Part shown: one piece after another, positions 1-13,050 of the stretch
How positions within the stretch are numbered: the stretch's first letter is position 1
Layout of the letters: each line of letters starts with the position of its first letter
Assembly: GCF_009914755.1 (NCBI RefSeq)
Contig: NC_060937.1
Strand: one strand, 5' to 3'
Origin: the human T2T-CHM13v2.0 reference genome, Homo sapiens
DNA length: 64,000 bases
Notes under the pieces: generated by a model
Databases searched by the model: none
What the model was told of the DNA's origin: nothing
What the model saw: only the letters and a program-made list of their open reading frames with translations
Position numbers and translations under genes: made by a program

Positions 1-134
1 CATGCAGTTTCGGGAGGAACACACATGGAGCAGTGAGGGAGGAAGAGGTCAGTTGCGTAGCCAGCCAGATCAGCTGAATCAACCCTGGTGATCAATGGGG
101 TGACAGATGTAGCAGCCAGATTGCCCTCACATCC
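1..134 (-). pseudogene. 7SK snRNA retrocopy (5' ~134 nt; continues beyond window start)
   Basis: Reverse complement reads GGATGTGAGGGCAATCTGGCTGCTACATCTGTCACCCCATTGATCACCAGGGTTGATTCAGCTGATCTGGCTGGCTA..., matching the 7SK 5' end (GGATGTGAGGGCGATCTGGCTGCGACATCTGTCACCCCATTGATCGCCAGGG...). Most differences are at CpG sites. The upstream flank is L1 sequence, not a PSE/TATA promoter. Confidence 0.93.
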
Positions 135-1057
135 TACAGGAGTTCTTTATATGTTCTGGATTTTAGTATCTTGTCAGACACATGATTTGCAAATATTTTG
201 TCCCATTCTAAAAGTTGTCTTTTCCCTTTCTTGTGTCCTTTAAAGCATACAAGTCTTTAAATTTTGATGCTAATTTATCTTTTTCTTTTATTGCTTGTGC
301 TTTTGGTTTTATAACTTAAAAACATTGCCTAATCCAAAGTCACAAAGATTTACACCTATGTTCATTTCTAAGAGTTTTACGGTTTTAGTTCTTACATTTA
401 AATCTTTGATCCATTTTGAGTTAATTTTTATATATGATGTGAGGTAGGGGTCCAACTTCATTCTTTACAAGTGAATTTCCTGTTGTCTAGCATAGTTGTT
501 AAAAAGACTATTCTTTCCCCATTAAGTTGTCTTGGAATGCTTGACAAAAATCAAATGAGAGTAGAGGCATAGGCTTATTTCTGAACTCTCAATTCTATTC
601 TAGTGACCAATATGTGTAACCTTATGCCAGTACCACTACTGGGCATAAAGAATTTTACATATGTATATTTCTGTGAAACCATCACATAATTAACATAATT
701 GAATATAGCTATCACCCTTAAGACTCCCTGTGTCCTTTTGCAATTGTTCCCTCCTATCCTTCCTCTATGCACCCAATCCAGTCCCCAGGTAAGCATGAAC
801 TGCTTTTTTCACCTTGGATTAGTTTGCATTTTCTACAATTTTATATAAATAGGATTATATAATACAAATACTTTAGGTCTGACTTTTCATATAAATTATA
901 TATAAATCTATATACTTTTGGTATGGATCAGCATTGTTATTTTTAGAGTCATCCATGTTGTCTGTGTATAAATAATTCATTCCTTTTTACTATTGAGTAG
1001 TATTACATTCTATGAATATACCATATCTTTTTATCTATTCTCCTCTTGACAGATATT

Positions 1058-1597
1058 TGCAGTAGGCAGTTTCTGATATGGCTTCCAATAATTCCTGACT
1101 TCTGGTATCCATTCTCTCGTGCAATTCCTTCTCCTGGTCTGGCTGGATCTAGTGACTACCTTCTAACAAACAGAATATGGCAAAACTAATGGGATGTCAA
1201 TTCTGAGACTAGACTATAACAGACTGTGACTTTCATTTTGTTGGCATCCTCTCTTTCTCTGATTCTTCTCTCTCATGTTTGCCCTTATGGATAAGGCCAT
1301 CTGCCAGAAACTGATGACTGCCTATAGCCACATCCAGCAAGGAAATTAGACTTTCCGTATAATAGCTCTTGAAGAATAAACCCTGTCCACAACCATGTGA
1401 GTGACTTTGCCTAGCAGTCAAGTCTTTTGATTAGACGGCAGTCCCCGGGCTGACACAATGATTGCAGTCTTGAGAGATACAATGAAGCAGAACACTGAGC
1501 TAGGTCAGACTACAGGAACTGATCCACACAAACTGTTTGTTGTTTTAAGCTGCTATGTTTTGGATAAGCTGTTATGCAGCAACAGGTAACAAATACA
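1058..1597 (+). mobile_element. MaLR solo LTR, MLT1H-like
   Basis: Starts TGCAGTAGGCAG and ends ...ttttaagctgctatgttt...gttatgcagcaacaggtaacaaataCA, typical MLT1 termini. Confidence 0.7.
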
Positions 1598-2514
1598 GGG
1601 GGGTTGTTTCTAGATTTTGGCTTTTATGAATAATGCTACTATGAGTATTTATGTACAAGCATTTGTGTGGCCAGGTACTTTTATTTCTCTTGGGTAAACA
1701 CCCTGAAGTATAATGACTAATCATATGGCAGGTTTAAGTTAAACTGTAAAAGAAATCGCCAAACTGATTTTCAAAAGGGCTTAGCCATTTTACACTCATT
1801 TTCACAAGCAATGTATGCGAATTCTAGCAGGTATATATCCTTTCAACACTTGGTATGGTCAGTCTTTTTAATGTTAACCATTCTAATTGGTGTGTATTCA
1901 CCATAGTTTTAATTTGCATTTCCCTAATCACTAATGATGTTTAGCATCTTTTCATGGAATTATTGACACTTGATCATCTTTGGTGATGGGTCAATCTGAT
2001 TCTTTAACAAATCAGATTACTTATTTTATTATTAATAAGTTTTGGGAGCTCTTTGTATATTTATCAATTTTTTCTTTTATGAATCATGCTTTTAGTATCA
2101 TACCTAAAAAATCTCTGCTTAACTCAAGATCACAGAGATTTTCTCCTATCTTCTAAACATTTTATATTGTACCTTTGTCTATGATGTGTTTGGAATTAAT
2201 TTTTACTTACGGCATATTAGGGTTTAGAGGTTTTTGGGGTTTTTTTTTGGCATAAGGATATCTAATTGTTCCAGCACTGTTTGTTGAAAAGACTATCCTT
2301 TCTCCACTGCATTATCTTTGCACCTTTGTCAAAAGTCAACCGGCCATATATGGGGTCTATTTCTGGGTTCTTTATTCTAATTCATGGATCAAATTGTCTA
2401 TCTTTACACCAACACCAAACTATTTTGACTACAGTAGCTATATATTATGTCTTAAAACAAGGTGGTATAAGTCCTTTAACTTTCTTATTTTTCAAAGTTG
2501 TTTTGGTGATTTTA

Positions 2515-2864
<350 letters not shown>

Positions 2865-3740
2865 TGAATTTTAGAATCAACTTCATTAATTTGTACAAGA
2901 AAGTCTAATAAATATAGAAAAAATAGAGAGTAATGTTTTTATTGGAATTGCATTAAATCTAGTGATTAATTTGGGGAGAAACCACATCTTAACAATATCC
3001 AGTCTTCCAACCATGAACAAGGTATATCTCTCTAAATATTCAGCTGATTTTTAATCTCTCAGCAGTTTTGTAGTTTTCAATCTGTAAGTCTTAAGTCTGA
3101 CCACTAAGTTTTTCATTTTTAAAATGCTACAGAAATGGATAATTTCAATTTTCAATTGTTATTGCTAGTATATAGAATTGGATTTTCATAGTGATTTTGT
3201 ATCTTGCAACTTTGTGAAATGCAGTTATTAGTTCTAGCTTTTTGGTAGATTACATGAGGTTTTCTACCTAGATGATCACATTGACTGTCCCCCTTACCCG
3301 TCCAAGACAGCCAGTTTTACTTATTCCTTGCCAATCTGGATGCCTTTTATTTTTTTTCTTGCCTTGCTGTACTAGGTATCTGTCTAGTACAATACTGAAT
3401 AGGAAAGGTAAGAGTGGATATCCTTGCTGTGTTTCTGATCTTAGGGAGAAAGCATTCAGTCTTTGATTATTAAGTATGATGTTAGCTGTAGGTTTTTCAT
3501 AGATGCCCTTTATCAGGATGAGGAAGTTCCCTTCCGGTTCTAGTGTGCTGAGAGTTTTAAATCAGGAAAGGATACTGGAGTATATCAAATGCTCTTTTGC
3601 ATATAATTAGCTGATCATGTATATATATGGATATGTATTTTAGTCCTTAATATAGTGAGTTACATTGATTTTCTAATACTGAATCAGTCTTGCATTCCTG
3701 GGATAAAGTTCATGTGGTCACGATTCATGATATAAGATCC

Positions 3741-5026
3741 TTTCTTTTAAATTTTTTTAGTATTTATTGATCATTCTTGGGTGTTTCTCGGAGAGCGGGA
3801 TTTGGCGGGGTCATAGGACAATAGTGGAGGGAAGGTCAGCAGATAAACTTGTGAACAAAGGTCTCTGGTTTTCCTAGGCAGAGGGCCCTGCCGCCTTCCG
3901 CAGTGTTTGTGTCCCTGGGTACTTGAGATTAGGGAGTGGTGATGACTCTTAATGAGTATGCTGCCTTCAAGCATCTGTTTAACAAAGCACATCTTGCACC
4001 GCCCTTAATCCATTTAACCCTTAGTGGACAAAGCACATGTTTCAGAGAGCACGGGGTTGGGGGTAAGGTTATAGATTAACAGCATCCCAAGGCAGAAGAA
4101 TTTTTCTTAGTACAGAACAAAATGGAGTCTCCTATGTCTACTTCTTTCTACACAGACACAGTAACAATCTGATCTCTCTTTCTTTTCCCCACATTTCCCC
4201 CTTTTCTATTCGACAAAACCGCCATCGTCATCATGGCCCGTTCTCAATGAGCTGTTGGGTACACCTCCCAGACAGGGTGGCGGCTGGTCAGAGACGCTCC
4301 TCACTTCCCAGACAGGGTGGCGGCGGGGCAGAGACACTCCTCAGTTCCCAGACGGGGTCGCGGCCGGGCAGAGGCGCTCTTCACATCTCAGACGGGGTGG
4401 CGGGGTGGCGGGGCAGAGGCGCTCCCCACATCCCAGATGATGGGCGGCCGGGCAGAGACGCTCCTCACTTCCTAGACGGGATGAGGGCCGGGGAGAGGGA
4501 CTCCTCACTTCCCAGACTGGGCAGCCGGGCAGAGGGGCTCCTCACATCCCAGATGATGGGCGGCCAGGCAGAGACGCTCCTCACTTCCTAGACGGGGTGG
4601 CGGCCAGGCAGAGGCTGCAATCTCGGCACTTTGGGAGGGCAAGGCAGGCGGCTGGGAGGTGGAGGTTGTAGGGAGCCGAGATCACGCCACTGCACTCCAG
4701 CCTGGGCAACATTGAGCACTGAGTGAACGAGACTCCGTGTGCAATCCCGGCACCTCGGGAGGCCAAGGCTGGCAGATCACTCACGGTTAGGAGCTGGAGA
4801 CCAGCCTGGCCGACACGGCGAAACCCCGTCTCCACCAAAAAAATATGAAAACCAGTCAGGCGTGGCAGCGCGCGCCTGCAATCCCAGGCACTCGGCAGGC
4901 TGAGGCAGGAGAATCACGCAGGGAAGTTGCAGTGAGCCAAGATGGCGGCAGTACAGTCCAGCCTCGGCTGGGCATCAGAGGGAGACCGTGCAGAGGGGAG
5001 GAGGGGAGGGGGGGAGGAGGGAGAGG
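3741..5026 (-). mobile_element. SVA retrotransposon, essentially full length with short VNTR (older SVA_A/B-like)
   Basis: Reading the minus strand: degenerate C/T-rich hexamer head (~4993-5026), Alu-like domain (~4610-4990), GC-rich VNTR of gagacgctcctcacttcccagacggg-type units (~4255-4610), SINE-R/HERV-K LTR part (~3760-4250), AATAAA at 3763-3768 and a T-rich tail. Confidence 0.93.
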
Positions 5027-7830
5027 TCCTTTTTATATATTACTAAATTTGATTACTTAAAACTTTGTTAACAATTTTTACAACTTTTCTTAAGAAATGC
5101 TTGTCTATAATTTTCCTTTCTTATAATATCTTTGGTCTTCATGTCAAGGGAATGCTGCCTCATAGAATGAGTTGAAAAATATTCCCTTCTCTTCAATTTT
5201 CTGGAAGAGTTTGTGTAAAACTGGTATTATTTCTTTCTTTAAAGTTTGATAGAATTCACTACTGAAGCTATCTGGGCCTGGGGATTTAAACTACAAATTC
5301 CATTTCTTCAACTGATACAGTGTTATTCAGGTTACCTATTTCACGTTCTGACTTTTGGTGGTTTGTGTCTTTTAAGTAATTTGGCCATTTCATCAAAGTT
5401 GTTGAAGGTATTACCAGAAAGTTGATTCTAATAGTCCCTTGATTATTCTTTCAGTATCTGTAGAATCTGTGTGCTGTCATGTCTCACATTTCTATATTGG
5501 TAATTTGTGTCTTTTACCTTTTTTTTTCTGATCAGTCTAGATAGAGGTTCATCGGTTTTGTTGATTTTCTCAAAGAACCAGCTTTGGTTTCATTTTTAAA
5601 AATCTACAAAAATGCATCTTTCTTTTCTTTTCTTTTCTTTTTTTTTTTATTTTACTGATTGCCATTCTAACCTTAATTATTCCTTTTTTCTATTTAATTT
5701 TTTCTAAATTAAAAATTTTATTTTTTTAGAGCAGTTTTTAGGTTCACAGCCAAATTAAGAGGAAGGCACAGAGATTTCCCATATACTCACTGTTCCTACA
5801 CATGCATTACCTACTCCCCTATTATCAACACCCCCCACCAAAGTGATATGTTTGTTGCAATACATGAACCTACATTCATGCATTATACTCATTCAAAGTC
5901 TACAGTTTACATTAGACTTCTTTCTTGGTGTTGTACATTCTACGGGTTTGGACAACTGTATAATGACATGTATCTACCACTACATATTTTCCCTGCCTAA
6001 AAATTCTCTGTGCTCCACCATATTCATCACTTGCCCCCTCCCTGCCACCAAACTCTGACAACCACTTATCTTTATACTGTCTCCATAGTTTTGCTTTTTT
6101 CCAGAATGTCATATAGTTAGAATAATACAGTATGTAATCTTTTCAGATTGGCTTCTTTCACTTAGTTATTATACATTTAAAGTTCTTCCTTGTCTTTTCA
6201 TGGCTTAATAGCTCATTTCTTTTTAACTCTTAATAATATTCCATGGTCTGGATGTACCCGTTTCTTTACTGATTCACCTACTAAAAGACATCTTGGTTGG
6301 CTGCATATTCTGGCAATTATAAATAAAGGTGTTATAAATATCTATGTGCAGGTTTTTATGTAGCCATAAGTTTTCAACTCCTTTGAGTAAATTCCAAAAA
6401 TTACAATGGCTAAATTGTATGGTAAGAGTTTGTTTAGTTTTGTAAGAAACTGTCAAATTGTCTTCCAAAGTGACTATACCATTTTGTACTCTTCTCAGCA
6501 ATGAACGCAAGTTCCTCTTGCTCCACATCTTCACTAGCCTTTGGTGTTGTCAGTATTCTGGATTTTGGCCTTCCTAATAGGTGTGTGGTGTTATCTTACT
6601 GTTGTTTAATTTGTGTATCCCTGATGATATATGATGTGGAGCATCTGCTCATATGCTTATATGTCATCTGTATATGTTCTTTGGTGAGGTGTCTGTTAAG
6701 GTCTTTGATCCATTTCTAAATTTGGTTTGTTTTCTGATTGTTGAGTCTTTAGAGTTCTTTGCATTTTTTTGGATAACACTCCTTTATCAGATGCATCTTT
6801 TACAAATATATTTTTGCCAAAAAAACTTTTCTTTCTCTTGTTATTGTCTTTTGCAGAGCAGAAGTTTTTAATTTCAGTGAAGTCCAGCTTATCAATTATT
6901 ACTTCACGGATCATGACTTTGGTGTTATATCTAAAAAGTCATTGACATACCCAAGGCCATCTAGGTTTTCTCCTATATTGTCTTCCAGGAGTTTTGCATT
7001 TTGTGTTTTACATTCAAGTCTATAAACCATTCTAATTTTTCTGAAGGGTGTAAGATCTGTGTCTAGATTCATTTTTTTCTTATGAGATGTTCAGTTGTTC
7101 CAGTGACATTTGTTGAAAATACTATCTCTGCTCTATCTTTGTTCCTCTGTCAAAGATTGGGTGACTATATTTATGTGGATTTATTTCTGGGCTCTCTATT
7201 GTTCCATTGATCTATTTTTCTATTCTTTTGCCAACATACTGTCTTGATTACTATAGCTTTACAGTGAAATAAGTCTGGTATTGCTAGTCTTCTGACTTTC
7301 TTCTTTTTCAATATGGTGTTGGTTATTCTAGGTCTTTTCCTTTTCTATATAAACTTTAAAATCAGTAGGTTGACAATCATAAAACAACTTGCTAGGACTT
7401 TGATTGGAATTGTGTGGAATCTATAAATTGATCTGGGAAGAATTCATCAATTTAGTCTTGAGCAATTTAGTCTTCCTATCCATAAACAGGGAATACCTCT
7501 TCATGTATTTCAGTGTTCTTGAATTTCTTTCATTAGAATTTTACAGTTTTCCTCATGTAGAGAAACATTTACTAGATTTATACTTAAATATTATTTTGGT
7601 GCTAATTTAAATGATACTGTGTTTTTAATTTTAAATTCCACTTGTTTATTGTTGGAATACAGAAAAATGACTTTTTCTTTGTCATATAGATTATATTCTT
7701 AAATCTACATCAGGCAATGTGCAAAGATCCCTACACAAATGATATTATTAAAAAGAAAATACAACCCTAAAAATGTATATTATAAACATAAGGGAATAAT
7801 TTTAATATACTTAAAAAAAATTTATCTTAT

Positions 7831-8157
<327 letters not shown>

Positions 8158-8261
8158 TTAATTTTTTATAAATAACTTTCTTTTATTATATTTATTCTTT
8201 ATTTCAGACACCTGATCTAAGCCCACAGACTTTGGATTCAGTCTTTTGCTCCAGGTTAATT

Positions 8262-8388
8262 AAATTTTTATTTTTGGTTCAGGGGTACATGTACAAGTTT
8301 GCTACATAGGTAAATTGAATGTCATGGGGGTTTAGTGTGCAAATTATTTTGTCACCCAGGTAGTAAGCATAGTACCTGATAGGTAGTA
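8262..8388 (-). mobile_element. Short L1PA/L1PB 3'-terminal fragment
   Basis: ggggtacatgtacaagtttgctacataggtaaattg...gtcacccaggtagtaagcatagtacc is the reverse of an older primate L1 3' end. Confidence 0.75.
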
Positions 8389-8829
8389 AAAATGACTAAC
8401 TTTTATATATTAATTTTTTATATATTAATTTATACTTTTATATATTAATTATATATTAACCTTTGACCTTGCTATAATCCCTTATTGGTACACTGTTTTT
8501 TGTTTTTTTTTTGGTCATTTTTTTGGATTGTCTAAGTAGGCATTTGCAAACAAAGGCAGTTTTATTTCTTCCTTCCCAATTTGTATACCTTTTATTTCCT
8601 TTTCTTGTCTTATTGCATTAGCCAAGACCTTACTTTGGTTTTAACTGTTTTTTTCCCCTAGTTTCTAGGTAGAAGATGAGGTTGAGATCTTTTTTCTTTT
8701 CTAATGGAAGTTCTTAGTGCTATAAATTTATTTCTAAGAACTATTTTAGTTGCTTATGAATATATTCCAACCATAGGCTACCTTTCTTTCTGTACAAACT
8801 GAATAATGAAGTACATGAATGTAGAAAGA

Positions 8830-9466
8830 AAAGTAGTCTATAGTTGGAGTATATTCATAAGAAGTGGTGAATGGCTTGACCAATTGGTCAGAGGCCAAGA
8901 AATAGAAAAATAGGAGGATTAAGGGCAAGAAATTCTGGGGTAGAGGCTTCTGGATGAGCCTATGGGAGTGGCATAAACTGTTAGGACCTTTGGATACTTC
9001 ATGTTAAACAGCCACCAGAAAGCATTCAACACAGAATCAGCACTAAATAACTAGGCAGTCAAAATTATGTGGTTTGTGGAAGTCTGCTAGCCTTGATCAT
9101 AGGCTACTCCAATGACACAATGGGCACATGAATGGAGTAGACATGCTGGCAGAGATGGAGACTGTGTACGGGCCCAACAGCATGAGCTCCTACTTACCCA
9201 GGCTCATCTAGCTCTTAGAGCTGCCAACAGCAGAGGTAAACACTGAGCTTCTAATATAGCACTTATACTTTGCAAAGACCAATCAGCTGTTTGATGGTAA
9301 TTTGGCTACAGTAGATGTCCTTTATATAGATTCTTCTGGACTGACCTATACACATATTCTATGTATGGGTTTGCCTTTCTTGCTCACAGAAACTTAGCAC
9401 CATTATCCAAGGATTTATAGTTATCTACTGACAAAGGATTCTATATAACATTGTATTAGACCAGGA
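8830..9466 (+). mobile_element. ERVL internal remnant (pol RNaseH-integrase region), HERV16/ERV3-16A3-like
   Basis: Translates patchily to ERVL-type pol: QWAHEWSRHAGRDGDCVRAQQHELLLTQAHLA at ~9118 (integrase N-terminal HHCC region), plus GKKFWGRGFWMSLWEW and YSMYGFAFLA-like segments. Many stops and frameshifts. Confidence 0.7.
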
Positions 9467-9469
9467 AAA

Positions 9470-9759
9470 GAGTTGTCTCACCCAAGGTCACCCCCTTACC
9501 TGGGGCAGCCCATATCCAATGACTGGTTGATATGAAGGAATAAAGACTTGCCCAAACCTGTGAAAACTATGAAGGACCATCTCAGCTTCAGAGCTCCCTG
9601 TGGGGTCAGTCAACTGAGGTCTTAATTGAATTTGTAAAGTTTCCCCAATTCCATTTCCTTCCTTCCTCCACAGTTGTTGGTCCTGAGAGTACTTCCTAAT
9701 AAACTTCCTAATTTCCATGTTAGAATTAGGTGGCTTCCTGAGTAATCCAACCTGTAACA
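9470..9759 (+). mobile_element. LTR16-like ERVL LTR (3' part)
   Basis: Ends ...cctaataaacttcc...cttcctgagtaatccaacctgtaaCA, resembling the LTR16 3' end; directly follows the ERVL internal remnant. Confidence 0.6.
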
Positions 9760-9789
9760 GGCAGCTAAGTGGTATTTGCTGATGGAGGG

Positions 9790-10300
9790 AATGGTGGAAG
9801 AGGAACAGAACTTGAGTTCTTGACTTTTTAATTTGAGGTAAGTTTTGGTCATTAATGTGGCAATGCCAGTAGAGTTAATATAGGAGTTGGGAATTCAAGG
9901 GAAAGCTAAGAGACAGAGATAAGATTTGGGAACTATTAACAGAAAGATATAAATTAAAACCATGATTGGCTGCAAGACTGCCGCTAGAGATGGTATGGAG
10001 TGAGAAGTGGGTCAAGGCAGAGATGTAGAGAATAGCAACATTTAAAGGAAAAGTAGAGAAAAAGTAGTTCACCAACAAAATTGTGGTGGGAAAGCCAGGG
10101 ATGTCAAAGAAGAACCAGCAAGGTCTGACATGGAAGCCAATAGAGAGTCAAGAGAGTGTCAAGAAAGGAGAGGTTGAAAACATCCGTGCTGCAAAGAGGC
10201 ACATAAAAACAAACAAGAAGTGCTCACTACACATTTTTACCTAAGAAAAAAGATATTTTGATTTTACTGAGAAGTGTTAAGTGGATTGGAGGGAGTGGGA
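9790..10300 (-). mobile_element. L2 fragment
   Basis: Purine-rich degenerate L2 antisense sequence (gagataagatttgggaactattaacag..., tggaagccaatagagag). Confidence 0.55.
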
Positions 10301-10819
10301 GCCAAACTACATTTGAGTAAGGACAATCATCCCCAAAATGTGGTAATGTAGTACTGGGAGAACACCTCGGACAGTTTCCGAACTGCTTGAAAAATGAATC
10401 CTTTCTTCAGTTGTCCATAGGCAGATAACAGGCAACTTCATAGACTTTCATTCATATTTAAGACTAAGAATTCCTTAAAAATACATTGGTAAAATTATTA
10501 AGAATTACCAAAAATGTATTCATAATCGAAATCTGGCATGTTATTGAGGGTTACTGAGGACCCTAAGTCAGTTTTCTACTAACTGGCAATAGTGAAGAGA
10601 CCCTATTTAGTCTGTAAACACATATATATTTGAAGATCTCCCAATTTTCAAGAATGATTAAAAAAATCAACTCCTTACCAGTGTGGTCTTGAATAACTCA
10701 TTCATATTTTGACATATAATTTCCCACTTACTAGATTTTTAAACAAAGGGACTAAGCTTTCTACATTATCTGGAGCCTCTGTTAACTCTTTTCCTTCATT
10801 TTTACTTTATTCCCCCCAT

Positions 10820-11210
10820 CTTTATCCCAACCATACTGACTTTCTTGCTATTCCTCAAACATGGAAGGCCCATGCCCACCTTGGGACATTTGCATCAGAT
10901 ACTCTCTTTGGCCTGCATCTGTGTCAGCTTTTAGGCCTCCATCTAAAATTTACTCAAAAGTCATCTTCATAGGGACATATGGCCACCCAATTTATACCTG
11001 CAAGCCCCAGCCCCTATTCACTATTCTGAACTCTCTATCATGCTTTCATGGTTTTTCTCTCCAAAACATTTATCTTTAAATATTATTTTTAAAATTTTTC
11101 TACTAGAATGAAAATATGAGCTAAAGAAATCTTGTTTTTGTTTTCTGATGTCTGAAGTCTTAGGAGAATATCTGGCACATAGCAGGTATTCAACAGATGA
11201 ATGAATGAAC
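10820..11210 (+). mobile_element. L2 3' end
   Basis: Ends tatctggcacatagcaggtattcaacagatgaatgaatga, the L2 3' terminus. Confidence 0.7.
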
Positions 11211-11486
11211 ATGCATGGTTGTGATAAAAATAAGAAAAAAGAGTCTTTTGCTTCTGCTAAAAGAATACAGAGTCTTTTGTTTCTGCTTAAATTATCTAAA
11301 ATGTTTCAGATGCAATAATGAGGAAATTGATAGGATATTAGGAAAATAGTGCTTGTGAGGTGAAAGAAAATATTAAGGCAATATCAGGGTGGGGGTGCAC
11401 TGGATGAAGGGAGTTTGTCTTAAAGATGAGAGAGAGAGACTTGAGCATGTTTACACAATGATGGAAAAGAGTAAGAAAAAAGAGGG

Positions 11487-11859
11487 TGATATGGTTTGGC
11501 TGTGTCCCCACCTAAATCTCATCATAAATGGTAATTCCCATAATCCCCACCTGTTGTGGGAGGGACCAGGTAGAGGTAATTGACTCATGGGGGTGGTTTC
11601 CCCCATCCTGTTCTCTTGACAGTGAGTGGGTTCTCATGAGATCTGATGGTTTTAAGAGGGGCTTCCCCCTTCACTGGGCACTCATTCTCTCTCCTGCCAC
11701 CATGTGAAGATGGACGTGTTTGCTTCCCCTTCCGCCATGATTGTAAGTTTCCTGAGGCCTCCCCAGCCATGCAGAACTGTGAGTCAATTAAACCTCTTTC
11801 CTTTATAAATTACCCAGTCTTGGGTATATCTTTATTAGCAGTGAGAACGGACTAATACA
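11487..11859 (+). mobile_element. THE1C/D-type MaLR solo LTR
   Basis: TGATATGGTTTGGCTGTGTCCCCACC...GAGAACGGACTAATACA; 5-bp TSD gaggg/aaggg. Confidence 0.9.
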
Positions 11860-12117
11860 AAGGGTAACTAAAACAGGGCATAAAGTAGAAAGTAGAGGTT
11901 TGAGAATGGAAAAGTGAGGATAAAATACTATTAGTTTTGAAAATGTTGAGCTTGAGGTGAAAAAATTATGTATAAGTAGAAATATCCAATAGATAATTAC
12001 ATAAACAGCAGTAAATTGAGAAAAAACTCAAAATATAAGACTTTAAAGTTTATGAGCACGGAGTTGGAACAGTCTATGTACACACACTCAAAATTATTCT
12101 GTTAACATTTTACTTAC

Positions 12118-12232
12118 CTGATCTAGGTTTGAAAGACTGTTTGGATCTTGACTGAGAGCTTGATACTGGCTCCTGAGCCTGTCACCTGCTCCAATTCTCC
12201 TGAACTTCTTGAGATCCACTACATATAAAGCA
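12118..12232 (-). CDS. UGGT2: UGGT2 coding exon (probably exon 36), GT24 domain: (S)[38 protein letters not shown]
   Basis: ttttgcAG acceptor, CAG|GTAAGT donor, 115 nt, phase 2 to 0. Conserved UGGT motif ending NLDQ. The next exon (DLPN...) was not found in 1-12117. Confidence 0.97.
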
Positions 12233-12559
12233 CTGCAAAAATGAATTACTTCTTGATAGCCTATGTTGTTTACGTAGTTTTAGTTTTACTTTCCTCCAGT
12301 GAGTGTCTACAGTGACGGTATTAACTACAGATATCCTAGGATCTAATAACAATTAATCCTTTCATAAATTTGCTCCTAATATCTAATACTGTTTCCCAAG
12401 AGTTTTAAGTTTGTTTTAATTTTGGTAGAACCCATAATCTTTTAGGGTCACCCCAAGATTTTCCAAGTTGTCATGAAACTCATGGCCTTACAAAAGGCCA
12501 TGAGGCTTTGAAGACATAATCTTAATTTTATTTCACAAACCAAGTTTAAATCTTCTGGA

Positions 12560-12788
12560 GTAGTTAGGAGCCATATTACTTGGGTTTAACTCTTAGCTCT
12601 GTTATATACTAGCAGGGTAAGCCTGGGCAAATTACATGAATGCTGTATGCCTCAGTTTCCACATCTACAAAATGGAGGTAATAACAGTATCTCAAAAGAT
12701 TGTCATAAAGATTTTATGACTTAATATACGTAAAGGCTTACAAGAGTGACTGGCATGAAATGAACACTATGTAATTGGTTGCTTTTAT
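12560..12788 (+). mobile_element. MIR
   Basis: MIR core cctgggcaaattac...gcctcagtttccacatctacaaaatggagg. Confidence 0.75.
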
Positions 12789-12790
12789 TG

Positions 12791-12830
12791 TGTAATTTTT
12801 AAGAAAACTGTGTAATTTTTAAGAAAACTG
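12791..12830. repeat. Perfect 20-bp tandem duplication
   Basis: tgtaatttttaagaaaactg x2. Confidence 0.95.
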
Positions 12831-12889
12831 AAAGTTGCAATTCAATACATTACTTATTTACTAAATGGTAAGGGTCTGACTTTTCTTAC

Positions 12890-13050
12890 CTGATATGGTA
12901 TTTCCGTCTTAAAAGATGTGATGCCCAGTATCCTGTTTTCCAGAAACGATATCCATCCATTTCCCTGCGGCTATCACAAAATGGAGTATACCCATAAGGA
13001 GCTCCATCCAGATCGAAATCTCGAAGTTCTTTTAGATCATGTCTCACAAT
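12890..13050 (-). CDS. UGGT2: UGGT2 coding exon (probably 35), GT24: [53 protein letters not shown](S)
   Basis: atttAG acceptor, CAG|GTAAGA donor, 161 nt, phase 0 to 2. Confidence 0.97.

Noticed and set aside
4255-4610. Repeat-spacer-like pattern suggesting a CRISPR array
   Set aside because: It is the SVA VNTR in eukaryotic DNA; there are no unique spacers and no cas genes.
4247-5060. GC-rich ORFs of 61-114 aa
   Set aside because: They are reading frames through the SVA VNTR and Alu-like domain, not genes; the region is also not a gene-associated CpG-island promoter.
10679-10730. Possible cryptic exon (ctAG...CTG|GTAAGG) downstream of the NLDQ exon
   Set aside because: Poor polypyrimidine tract, begins with TAA, no other support.
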